Source: an uncultured Planctomycetales bacterium (GTDB lineage: Bacteria > Planctomycetota > Phycisphaerae > UBA1845 > PWPN01). Taken from it: a stretch of DNA of 64,000 bases. This document shows, in pieces, positions 25,843-35,053 of this stretch (position 1 is its first letter; every line of letters starts with the position of its first letter). The translations under genes were made by a program, and so were the position numbers. The DNA is taken from NCBI GenBank assembly GCA_964586235.1, contig CAZPIO010000004.1, positions 8,402-72,401 of the forward strand, given 5' to 3'. The notes below the pieces were generated by a model that saw only the letters and a list, made by a program, of their open reading frames with translations, was not told the origin of the DNA and ran no database searches.

Positions 25843-28157
25843 GGCTTGCCCGCGGTGACTGTCGGCCGGGTGTGACGCAACTGGTCCTCGATGAAATCCC
25901 GCTCGAAGAACCGTAGCCCGCTCCCGCCGTGCCCCTGTCCGGTCAACACGTCCAGATCACCGTCGCCGTTGAAGTCGATCACATCGGCCCCCGAAACCAT
26001 CTGTACCGTGAACGGATCGACAATCGGAACACCTTCCGGCGACTCGAAGCGGGGTTCATCGCCCGGCTTGCCCGTGCCGACATTCTTGTAGAACCGCACG
26101 TCCACCTCGAAGTAACAGCCGATGAAATCCTGCTTGCCGTCGCCGTCCCAGTCGATGCACTTGCCCAGGTTGGGACGCACGTAATCAACACGCTTGCCGT
26201 TGAACAGGATGAACTTGCCCTCGCCGAGAACCGGAGCAGCATCCGTCCCGACGTTCTTAAACCACATGTAGCCGCCGTTCTGTTTGACGTCCTGGTCGGC
26301 AAAGACCAGATCTTTCTTGCCGTCCCTGTCCCAGTCGCAGACCATCACGCTCGATCGGCCGCCTGTTCCCTTGATGGGTTTGCCGGCCGCCTCGACGGTG
26401 TGCCCCGCATCGAGGACCGGGCGTGCGTCCGTGCCGGTGTTCAGATAAAGAGTCACCGCCCCGGCGCCGTCGGCGACAATCAGATCCTTCTTGCCGTCGT
26501 TGTTCCAATCGCAAAGGTCGGGACGAACGTGTCCGCCCTTGCCGTAGAAGCTGAGCAGTTTGCCGCCGGCCATCATCCGCCGCCCGGTGGCGAAAACGGG
26601 GAAGCGATTATCCGTTTCGTTGTGGAAGTACCAGAGGATGCCGTCGGTGTCGCCTGCGAGCAGGTCCAGCCGTTTGTCGTTGTCCCAGTCGACCGCCCGC
26701 ACGGCGTTCTGCTGAACCGCGTCGCAGATCTGAAACCGCTTCGTGTGCGGCGAACCATGGCTCGCATCGACCGGTCTGAACTTCGGGGCCGTCGCCGTGC
26801 CCACGTTCCGGAACAGGCCGCCATAGTATCGCGGTTTCTGCATCAGCGAGGGCGGTGTTCGCTCCCAGAACCGGCCGCCGACGAAATCGATTCGCCCGTC
26901 GCCGTCGAAGTCAGCCGCCTTCACGCCGGTGTGGGCGTCGGCGATCAAGTAGGGCTCCTCGTAGGCCACCACCTTTCCGGCCGCGAGCACCGGTGCGGTC
27001 CGCGTGCCGGTGTTCACGAACAGCGAGATTGGCCCCCGGTTCTGGGCCGCGAAAAGATCGAGGTCACCATCACCGTCAACGTCCGCGGCGTCCAGCTTGG
27101 ACACGTCCGGGGCAAAGTCCTTGCCGTCGGCCTTCAGCGCGATGCCCTCTGCCAGCTCGATATGTTCGAGATCCCGCTGCGCGCCAACGTTGCGGAAGAA
27201 CATCGGGTTCTGGTATCCAGCGCCCAGGATGTCCTTCTTCCCGTCGCCATCCCAGTCGACCATGCTGATGGCCACAAATCGCCCGCCGATGGACTTGCCA
27301 TCCCGGCTCTTGAGTTCGCCGCGATCAGTGAACGTGACCAGGCCGCCCCGGCTCGTGGTGTTCTCGTAAATGAGCATCTTGCCGGCCTGTGGGCCATCGC
27401 CCGGGCAGCAGAAGAGGTCCTTATCCCCGTCGCCGTCCCAGTCATCAAACTCAACCGTCGCCCATGCCCGGCCGTTGTCCTCGTGGCACGGCAGCATAAA
27501 CACCTTACCGCCCGATGTGAGAAGCCCGCGGCCGACCATCAGGTTGCGGCCGACGTTCTCATAGCAGCGGATGAACGGTTCGACCCCGCCTTTGAACAAA
27601 TCCAGGTCACCGTCGCCGTCGAAGTCGCAAAACGCGTCGAACCGGGTGGCGTTGATCTCTCGCGTCTTGTATCCCTCGCGGAAAAAGTCGCCGTCGCCGA
27701 TTAGTCCCGCATAACGCTCCGGCTTGCCCCGCTTTGACTCGACGGTGTCGAAGTAGACCGCGTAAAGCGTGCATGTCTCGTCGGGCATGACGAAATTCAA
27801 TGTCGCCCTGGAGATGCCGAAATACCCGTCCACCCGATGCGGCAGCAGGCATTGTGCTTCACGCGGGCGCGAAGCGTCGAAAGCTTTTGGCCGGCCTTCC
27901 GCGTCGAGCGCGACCACCTCGATCGTGTCATAGTCGACCGTTCCGGATGCGCCTGCCTCGGTTAGCGCGCGGGCGAAATCGATATCGACGGAGGCCGGCG
28001 AGCAGGATCTCTTCACCCCTTGCGGATCAACGCTCAGACCGATGCGATAGCCGTTCGGCGACGTCCACGGCAACTCGGCGGCAACGCCTGACAGGGGTGC
28101 CAGCAGAATAACGGCCGCCCACCAAACGCGATTCGTAGATACCGCCTCTTGCACCAT
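25821..28157 (-). CDS. Secreted FG-GAP/VCBS repeat beta-propeller protein
   Basis: Many DxDGDGDxDL loops (DFDGDGDLDL, DWDGDGDKDL, DVDGDGDLDL, DWNNDGKKDL, DFNGDGDLDV) and a signal peptide. The ATG at 28157 has an AAAGG RBS. Paralogue of 55075-57705. Confidence 0.9.
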   Translation of the reverse strand: MVQEAVSTNRVWWAAVILLAPLSGVAAELPWTSPNGYRIGLSVDPQGVKRSCSPASVDIDFARALTEAGASGTVDYDTIEVVALDAEGRPKAFDASRPREAQCLLPHRVDGYFGISRATLNFVMPDETCTLYAVYFDTVESKRGKPERYAGLIGDGDFFREGYKTREINATRFDAFCDFDGDGDLDLFKGGVEPFIRCYENVGRNLMVGRGLLTSGGKVFMLPCHEDNGRAWATVEFDDWDGDGDKDLFCCPGDGPQAGKMLIYENTTSRGGLVTFTDRGELKSRDGKSIGGRFVAISMVDWDGDGKKDILGAGYQNPMFFRNVGAQRDLEHIELAEGIALKADGKDFAPDVSKLDAADVDGDGDLDLFAAQNRGPISLFVNTGTRTAPVLAAGKVVAYEEPYLIADAHTGVKAADFDGDGRIDFVGGRFWERTPPSLMQKPRYYGGLFRNVGTATAPKFRPVDASHGSPHTKRFQICDAVQQNAVRAVDWDNDKRLDLLAGDTDGILWYFHNETDNRFPVFATGRRMMAGGKLLSFYGKGGHVRPDLCDWNNDGKKDLIVADGAGAVTLYLNTGTDARPVLDAGHTVEAAGKPIKGTGGRSSVMVCDWDRDGKKDLVFADQDVKQNGGYMWFKNVGTDAAPVLGEGKFILFNGKRVDYVRPNLGKCIDWDGDGKQDFIGCYFEVDVRFYKNVGTGKPGDEPRFESPEGVPIVDPFTVQMVSGADVIDFNGDGDLDVLTGQGHGGSGLRFFERDFIEDQLRHTRPTVTAGKPERKPGS

Positions 28158-28202
28158 GTCCGTAACCTTTCTCGCTGCCTTGACAACGTGTTGCAGCACT
28201 GT

Positions 28203-29141
28203 CTATTTACCTTCCAGGATCAGGTCGACACGACGGGAGATCTCCTGCAGGTAAGCTCGGTCACCCCGGTCGAGTTCGGGGCTCTTGTAGTTGGGCTCGA
28301 CGGTGAGGAACCCCTTGTACCCGATCTGCTCGATCGCACGGCGAACACTCGGCCAGTCCACGTCTCCATCGCGCAAGAGCACGAATCGTTTCCGGGCGAA
28401 ATCGCAATCCTTGAGGTGGATCTTCCTGATCCGCTGCCCGAGCGTGAGAATCCAATCCCGCGGATAGCCCCACAGCATCTGCGAATTGCCGATGTCGAAG
28501 TAGGCCCGCAGGAACGGATCGGCAAACTCGTCGACATAGCGGGCGAATTCGAGCGGGCTCAGCAGAAACCGGTTGCCGACGTTCTCAACCGCGATGGTGA
28601 CGCCGAGTTCGCGGGCCAGCGGCAGCATCTTCCTGATCCGGCTCTGCGATCGCTCCCACGCATCCTTGTAGCGGACCTCAGGCGTCACCACGGCCGGAAT
28701 AAACAGCACGGTGTCCGCTCCCAGGGCCCTCGCGCACTGAAGCGACCGGCGGAGCACCTCCAGCCCTTTCTCCACTTTCGCCGGATCGATGTCAGAGAGC
28801 GGATAGGTCCAGCTCTCCGAAGCCATTACCGAGTGGATGCGCACCGAGGCCTTGTCCGCCGCCGCTCGCAACGCATCGACCTCGCGATCGTCTGAAATGG
28901 TCGCCACCTCGACACCATGGAAGCCGAGGTCTGCCGTCAGCTTGAACCGATCGATAACCGGCAGCGATCCGGGGAGCATCGAGTAGCTCAGCCCCTTCAG
29001 CAGCGACGGCGCGGAGGGCCGCGACGTTGGCAGGGCCCCGCCCTCGGCCGCACCCGCAATGATCCGACCTGCGTGGACCCCGCTCAGCACGGCCGCCGCC
29101 GCGGTTCCCAGCAATGTGCGTCGATCGACGACCTGTGACAT
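28203..29141 (-). CDS. Tat-exported sugar phosphate isomerase/epimerase-like TIM-barrel protein (AP_endonuc_2 family)
   Basis: DRRTLLG Tat motif and metal ligands IAVENV, YFDIGN, IHLKD and LTVE. Confidence 0.88.
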   Translation of the reverse strand: MSQVVDRRTLLGTAAAAVLSGVHAGRIIAGAAEGGALPTSRPSAPSLLKGLSYSMLPGSLPVIDRFKLTADLGFHGVEVATISDDREVDALRAAADKASVRIHSVMASESWTYPLSDIDPAKVEKGLEVLRRSLQCARALGADTVLFIPAVVTPEVRYKDAWERSQSRIRKMLPLARELGVTIAVENVGNRFLLSPLEFARYVDEFADPFLRAYFDIGNSQMLWGYPRDWILTLGQRIRKIHLKDCDFARKRFVLLRDGDVDWPSVRRAIEQIGYKGFLTVEPNYKSPELDRGDRAYLQEISRRVDLILEGK

Positions 29142-29183
29142 CCGTGGTTGCTCCAGATCCCGACGGCCGGGCGGTTCGTTCGA

Positions 29184-30416
29184 TCACAGAATCTCACTCA
29201 TGAGTACTCGTCGGTTCTCATCCACCGCCTTGCGAACCAGCAATCCGCTGAGCGTTGCCTGGCGCCCGTTGCGGACGCCGACGATGGGCGGACGGCCGGT
29301 ACGCACCGAGCTCAAAAACGCCGCCATCGCCAGAATCGTCAGCTCGCCGCTGTTCTTCGGCCGGGCCAGCTCGATGACCTCGCCCTTGGGGTCTCGCGGA
29401 TAGATCTTGCCGTCTGTCAGGTCAATTCCGCCCTTCGGCCCGGCGATGCGCTCGAACGTACCGGTGAATCGCCCCTCGTCCCTGTTGGGGCAGAACCAGT
29501 TGTGCTCGAAGTCAACCAGCAGCCCGCCGGGGTACTCCACGTGGGCTAGGTAAAAGTCGGTCACGTTCCGTCCCGGATCCACGTCGGTGAAGATATCCCG
29601 GCGACCTTTTCCCGTTGCCGCCGCGGGTATCTGGCCGGTCACCCAGCACAGCACGTCCCACGAGTGGCAGGCCTGCTCCAGCATCCAGTCGCCGCTGAAC
29701 TCGCGCCGCCCGAACCAGAACCCGGTCCCCTTGGTCCCTTTGCCGCCCAGTGGTCCCCAGGCGTTGTTCCATGCGGCCCGGCCGCTGATCAGCCGACCGA
29801 TCTCGCCGTTCTGGATCCGCTGGATGCCTTGTTGGTAGCACTCACTGGCTCGCCGCTGAAAACCGATCTGGGCGATCACGGCCGGGTTCTTCTCCTGGGC
29901 CTGCACCAGCGCATCCGCCTCCGCGGCCTCGAGGCACATCGGCTTCTCGCCGTAAAAGTGCTTCCCGGCCGCAAAACACTCCAGGTACATCCGCCCATGA
30001 AGGTAGCAGGGCGTCGCCAGCAGCACCGCGTCGATATCCTCGCGTGCGATCAGCCTGCGGTAGTCCTCCTCGCCGGTGTAGAACTCGGGTGTGTCCCCGC
30101 TTTCCGCCTTGATGTATGCGGCGGCCTTGTGTCGATGCTCCTCGAACGGCTCGGCGATAGCCACGATGCTTACCCGCTGCTCTTCCTGCATCAGTGCCCC
30201 GCGAAGCAGCGCCCCGCCTCTGCCTCCGACGCCCACCAGGCCCAGACGGATCGCCCGACCGCCCTCGATCGGCTTGGGGGCTGGTCCAACGGGGGCGGGG
30301 ATCGCCGTTTTCTTCATTGCCGTGCACCCGCCCGCCGCCGAGAGGACCGCCAGGGCTGCGGTTTTCGTCGACCTGGCGAGGAACTCCCGCCGACTCTCTT
30401 CAGGCTGACTTGACAT
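29184..30416 (-). CDS. Tat-exported Gfo/Idh/MocA family oxidoreductase
   Basis: SRREFLA, LVGVGGRG, YGEKP, IGFQRR and EQACHSWD. The ATG at 30416 has an AGGAG RBS. Confidence 0.92.
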   Translation of the reverse strand: MSSQPEESRREFLARSTKTAALAVLSAAGGCTAMKKTAIPAPVGPAPKPIEGGRAIRLGLVGVGGRGGALLRGALMQEEQRVSIVAIAEPFEEHRHKAAAYIKAESGDTPEFYTGEEDYRRLIAREDIDAVLLATPCYLHGRMYLECFAAGKHFYGEKPMCLEAAEADALVQAQEKNPAVIAQIGFQRRASECYQQGIQRIQNGEIGRLISGRAAWNNAWGPLGGKGTKGTGFWFGRREFSGDWMLEQACHSWDVLCWVTGQIPAAATGKGRRDIFTDVDPGRNVTDFYLAHVEYPGGLLVDFEHNWFCPNRDEGRFTGTFERIAGPKGGIDLTDGKIYPRDPKGEVIELARPKNSGELTILAMAAFLSSVRTGRPPIVGVRNGRQATLSGLLVRKAVDENRRVLMSEIL

Positions 30417-30698
30417 GAGCGTACTCCTGTTCATGCCTCCGACGTCAGATGCCGCTGGCCGGCTGTGATGCTCGGGCCGAGCGGCGTCAACAATCTTCAA
30501 ATGACGGAAAGGGGCCGTTGAACGCTGCCCGATCCGGGTCACATATACCACATCACACTCCGGGTGCAAAGCAAAAGCCGTCGCGAACAGCGCGCGGGCA
30601 GAGTCATTTCATCTCGTAGCCTCCGATGGCACTGGACGCCGGGGTGTGACTTCGATAGCTTCTGACGCGTCCGTGTCCTTTTCCGGATGAGGTGAAAC

Positions 30699-32885
30699 AT
30701 GCGATTGGCGACCGCCGGTGTCGTGTTCGCATTTGTTGCGACAAATCCGCTCCAACTGCCAGGAGCTGCTCCAGCGGCGAGAGCCCCGCAGCCGGCGAGG
30801 TCTCCCGCGGGAGAGTTGCTCGACGTCATCATCTCCAGCAGTTGGTGCCTCTTTGATGCCGCCCAGCGGGTCGCCCTGGACGACGTCAATCGGCAGTGGC
30901 GAGAAGCCGAGCTTCAGGCAGAGAAAGCCACTAACCCCGGCGCGAGACAGGAAGCGCTGACTCGACGGCAGGCGATCGAAGATCAACTGGTGAAGATCGT
31001 CGGCAGTTGCAGTACCCTCATCGAGGTGAGATGTGAAGGCGGTCGCGCCATCCCGTCGAGAATCGAGCCCGTTGTGCTTCCGGGCGATGCTGGCGTTCTG
31101 CTGCTGTGCGTGAGGACCCGGCCCGGCGAGATGCACGCCATCGCAGCGGACTACGACTTGACGAAAAGTCGCGAGCCGATTCCGCTCAACGTGGCTGCTG
31201 AAGGTGACACCTGGGCCGTGATCCGACTGAGCGGCGTTTCGGGCGGCAGGAGTTCGCTGGTCCTCCATCTCAATCGGCCCGACGGCCGGTCGCTTCCCCT
31301 CATCGTGACGGTTCAGGCGCCTGAGCCTGCTCACGTCAAGGTGACCGCCTTATCGGGACAGACAGGCCGGCCGGTGCCGGCGATGATCAGCCTGGTCTGG
31401 AAAACCGATGGGCAGGACCGCCGTCCGGCCAACGCCGTGGATTTCAACCCCCAGTTCGAGGGGCTGGGCCGCCTCTCGCCCGGTCGGCATGCCGTGCTGC
31501 TCGGACGTCTCAAAGGCCGCGCCTGGTTCTGTGTGCCCGGGCCCTTCGACATGCCCGTGCCGCCCGGCGAGTGGGACATCGTTATCCGGCACGGCCTGGA
31601 GCATGTCCCGGTCTTCGAGACCTTTTCTGTCCAACCGGGGCAGAAGCTCGAGTTGACGTACAAGCTGCGGCAGTGGGCCGACATGCCCCGACTGGGCTGG
31701 TATTCAGGCGACGATCACGTCCACTGCCGCGTGGTGAGCGACGACGATGCGAGGCGGTTGATGGCCTGGGCCCAGGCGGAAGACGTGCACGTGGTCAACA
31801 TCCTCAAGATGAGCGATGTCTACCGCACCTGGTTCCAGCAGCGCGGCTTCGGCCCGGCGTTCCGCGTCACCGACGGCGACTACGTGCTTGTCCCGGGCCA
31901 GGAGTGCCCGCGCACACATTCCGACGGCTTCGGCCACACCATCTCGTTGAATACTCCCACCTATGTTCGCGACATCGACCGCTACTGGCTCTACGACTGG
32001 GTGGCCGACGAGGTGCACCGGCAGGGCGGGCTGTTTGGATTCGCCCACGCATACATCATCCACCCCTACATTCGCCGGGGCAGCAGTCTCATGGCCCCGC
32101 GCCCGCGGATCGATTTTGCCGAGATCATGCAACTCGCCCAGATGGGCACGGATTTCTACTACGACTGGCTCAACCTGGGCTACAAGATCGCCGTCTCGGC
32201 CGGCACCGACGTGCCCTGGCAGGGCACCGTGGGTGAAGTCCGCATGTACGCATATCTGGGCGATCAACCGTTCTCGGCCGATGCGTGGTTTGAGGCGGTC
32301 AGGCGAGGACGCACCTTCGTGACCAACGGGCCGATGCTCGATCTGCACGTGGACGAGGCGATGCCCGGTGACGAGGTGGCCGCGTCCCCGGCTCACAAGC
32401 TTCGCGTCCGGTGCCGCGCGTGGGGCGATCGGGAGTACATGGTCCCGACGAAACTCGAAATCATCCGCCACGGTGAAACGATCAAGACAGTCGAGTCGCG
32501 CGATCCAGCCAAAGACGAACTGTCCATCGATTTTGAGGTCGATTCCGGCGACGGCTTCTGGCTGGCCGCCAAAGCCGCCGGCAGCGACGGCTCCCTGGCT
32601 CACACGACACCGGTATACGTGGTTCGCAAGCCGCTGCGCTTCTGGAAACTCGACGTGGTTGATGCCCTGATCGCACAGCGCCTGGCGAACCTCGATGACA
32701 TCGAGCAACTGGTTGCTCGTGCAACGCAGGCCGTCGAGCAGGGCAAGGCCGACGACAACATGACCGCCCGGACGATGGCCGCCCAGGGGCCCGAACTGCT
32801 ACAACGGGTGGCCGAGGCCAGGCGATTCTTCGCCCAGCTTAGACAAACGGCCGAGAAGGAGAGGACCCTGCGATCCTCGCGTTGA
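30699..32885 (+). CDS. Secreted CehA/McbA-type (PHP-like) metallohydrolase
   Basis: Signal peptide, IRHGLEH, WYSGDDHVHC, GHTISLN, GFAHAY, WLNLGYKIAVSAGTD, GRTFVTNGP and AHTTPVYV. GAGGTG RBS. Confidence 0.82.
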   Translation: MRLATAGVVFAFVATNPLQLPGAAPAARAPQPARSPAGELLDVIISSSWCLFDAAQRVALDDVNRQWREAELQAEKATNPGARQEALTRRQAIEDQLVKIVGSCSTLIEVRCEGGRAIPSRIEPVVLPGDAGVLLLCVRTRPGEMHAIAADYDLTKSREPIPLNVAAEGDTWAVIRLSGVSGGRSSLVLHLNRPDGRSLPLIVTVQAPEPAHVKVTALSGQTGRPVPAMISLVWKTDGQDRRPANAVDFNPQFEGLGRLSPGRHAVLLGRLKGRAWFCVPGPFDMPVPPGEWDIVIRHGLEHVPVFETFSVQPGQKLELTYKLRQWADMPRLGWYSGDDHVHCRVVSDDDARRLMAWAQAEDVHVVNILKMSDVYRTWFQQRGFGPAFRVTDGDYVLVPGQECPRTHSDGFGHTISLNTPTYVRDIDRYWLYDWVADEVHRQGGLFGFAHAYIIHPYIRRGSSLMAPRPRIDFAEIMQLAQMGTDFYYDWLNLGYKIAVSAGTDVPWQGTVGEVRMYAYLGDQPFSADAWFEAVRRGRTFVTNGPMLDLHVDEAMPGDEVAASPAHKLRVRCRAWGDREYMVPTKLEIIRHGETIKTVESRDPAKDELSIDFEVDSGDGFWLAAKAAGSDGSLAHTTPVYVVRKPLRFWKLDVVDALIAQRLANLDDIEQLVARATQAVEQGKADDNMTARTMAAQGPELLQRVAEARRFFAQLRQTAEKERTLRSSR

Positions 32886-32894
32886 ACCGCGTTG

Positions 32895-32924
32895 TTGCGG
32901 ACCGTGACTTGTACCGGGTATGAT
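32895..32924 (+). promoter_or_regulatory. Possible sigma70 promoter
   Basis: TTGCGG-N18-TATGAT upstream of the MDR gene. Confidence 0.3.
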
Positions 32925-32988
32925 CGCCGCTCCAGTTCCATGCGGCCGCATGAAGCCCTGACCTTCGGAATGCTACGGAGGTACTGCG

Positions 32989-34077
32989 TTGTCAGCACCG
33001 AAGAACGAAGAACGCGCATACAAGACCCTGCTGTTTGCCGGCCCCTGGCGAATTGAGTTCCGCGACCAGCCGGTCGTGGACCTCAAGCCCGACGAGGTGC
33101 TCATCGAGACGATGTATACCGGCATCAGCCGCGGGACCGAGATGACCGTCTATCGCGGAACGTCGCCGTTCTACCGGAAGCGGTTCGATCCTGTGCCCAG
33201 GTTGTTCGTCGACGGCGACGAGACGTCCTTTCGGTATCCTATGGAATTCGGTTACGAGAACGTCGGACGCATCGTCGAGATGGGCACGGACGTCAGGGGT
33301 TACGAGCTGGGCGATATCGTCTTCACGCCGACGCAGCACGCCGAGAGCATTGTGATGAGCACGACGCAAACGGGCCCGTTTTTCGGCTCGCTCGTGCCGG
33401 TGGTCAAGCTCCCCGGCAACCTATCACCGGAACTGGGTCTGTTTCTGGCCCTGGGCGGCGTGGCCTACAACGCCGTGCTCGACGGTCAACTGTTACTCGG
33501 CGAGAACGTCGCCGTGTTCGGCGCAGGCGTCATCGGCCTGCTGACCGTGCAATTGTGCCGGCTGGCCGGCGCCGCCGGGATCTTCGTCATCGATCCGATC
33601 GAGTCGCGCAGGGCGCTGGCCCGGCGGTTCGGCGCGACCCACGTGTTCGATCCGGGCGGCGGCGAGGATGTCAGCCTGGCGATCCGCGGGCTGACCGGCG
33701 GCCGGGGGGCGGATCTGGCCATCGAACTCAGTGGCACCTATCCCGGCCTGCACGAGGCGATTCGCAGCGTCGGATACAACGGCCGGGTCGTCGTCAGCGG
33801 TTTCCCAATCGGAGCGGGCGAGGAACTCCGGCTCGGCGAGGAGTTTCACCACAACCGTGTCCGGTTGATCAGCTCGCAGTCGTTCGGCGTCTCGCCGCAT
33901 GTGTCGGACCGCTGGGACCCGGCTCGGCGCACGCTGGCGGTACTCGCGATGCTGCCGAAGCTCGATCTTACTCCGATGATCACGCATCGTTTCAGGTTCG
34001 CCGATGCCGCCAAGGCGTTCGAGTTGGTTGATACGCATCCCGAAGATGTCTTACAGGTAGTGCTGCAATATGAGTGA
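32989..34077 (+). CDS. Medium-chain dehydrogenase/reductase (zinc-ADH fold, zinc ligands degenerate)
   Basis: ISRGTE, GYENVG and the VFGAGVIG Rossmann motif. TTG start with a GGAGG RBS. Confidence 0.88.
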   Translation: MSAPKNEERAYKTLLFAGPWRIEFRDQPVVDLKPDEVLIETMYTGISRGTEMTVYRGTSPFYRKRFDPVPRLFVDGDETSFRYPMEFGYENVGRIVEMGTDVRGYELGDIVFTPTQHAESIVMSTTQTGPFFGSLVPVVKLPGNLSPELGLFLALGGVAYNAVLDGQLLLGENVAVFGAGVIGLLTVQLCRLAGAAGIFVIDPIESRRALARRFGATHVFDPGGGEDVSLAIRGLTGGRGADLAIELSGTYPGLHEAIRSVGYNGRVVVSGFPIGAGEELRLGEEFHHNRVRLISSQSFGVSPHVSDRWDPARRTLAVLAMLPKLDLTPMITHRFRFADAAKAFELVDTHPEDVLQVVLQYE

Positions 34078-35017
34078 GCCCTCGACAACCGTTTACCCGA
34101 AGGTCAATCTTGCGATCGGTTACGAAGTGGATCCCTCCTGGCCCCAACGTCCCGCTGGACTGGCTTGGGCGGCCGTGCCCGGTGTCGCCGTGGATGCGGA
34201 CGACCAGGTGTGGGTGTTCACGCGAGCCGAGGTTCCGGTTCAGGTTTTCCGTTCGGATGGCACGTTCATCCGCGCATGGGGGCAGGGGCTGGTCAAATCG
34301 GCCCACCACATCAAGATCGATCGGCAGGGCCACGTCTGGCTGGCGGACAACCTCCGGCATGTCGTCCGCAAGTTCACCCCCGAGGGCGAGTTGCTGACGA
34401 CGCTCGGCACGCCGGACGTACCCGGCTGCGACGAGACTCATCTCAACGGTCCGACCGACATGGCGATCACGCCGTCCGGCGATGTATTCGTTTCCGACGG
34501 CTATGGCAACAGCCGTGTCGCTCATTTCGACAGCCGCGGCCGGTTCGTCAAAGCGTGGGGTCGGCTGGGGGTGCGTCCCGGCGAGTTCAGCCTGCCGCAT
34601 ACCATCGGCATCGATTCGAGCGGCCGCCTGTACGTCGCATGCCGCAACAACGTCCGCGTGCAGGTCTTCGATCAGGATGGCCGCCTGCTCGATGAGTGGC
34701 GCCACCTCATCGTGCCCTGGGGTATGTTCGTGACCCCGCGTGATGACATCTGGATCGTCGGCTCATCCCCCATGCGATGGGAGAAGGATCAGGACCAGCT
34801 TGGCGGGCCGCCCAAGGACCAGGTCTTCATGCGATTCAGTCCCGACGGCCGGGTGCGTCAGCTCTGGACCGTGCCCAAGGCGGCGACTGGACAGGAAAAG
34901 CCCGGCGAGTGCAACATGGTCCACGGTGTCGGTGTTGACTCACGAGGCAGCATCTACGTCGGCGATATCGCCGGCCGTCGCTGTCAGAAATTCGTACGGC
35001 TGGATGCCGACGAGTGA
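34070..35017 (+). CDS. NHL-repeat protein, peptidyl-alpha-hydroxyglycine alpha-amidating lyase-like
   Basis: NHL repeats (AHHIKID, NGPTDMAI...SDGYGNSRV, SLPHTIGID...RNNVRVQVF, HGVGVD). The start overlaps the MDR stop. Confidence 0.85.
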   Translation: MSEPSTTVYPKVNLAIGYEVDPSWPQRPAGLAWAAVPGVAVDADDQVWVFTRAEVPVQVFRSDGTFIRAWGQGLVKSAHHIKIDRQGHVWLADNLRHVVRKFTPEGELLTTLGTPDVPGCDETHLNGPTDMAITPSGDVFVSDGYGNSRVAHFDSRGRFVKAWGRLGVRPGEFSLPHTIGIDSSGRLYVACRNNVRVQVFDQDGRLLDEWRHLIVPWGMFVTPRDDIWIVGSSPMRWEKDQDQLGGPPKDQVFMRFSPDGRVRQLWTVPKAATGQEKPGECNMVHGVGVDSRGSIYVGDIAGRRCQKFVRLDADE

Positions 35018-35053
35018 CAGGGCCTGTCGGCCCGATCCAGATTTGGTGCGGCC

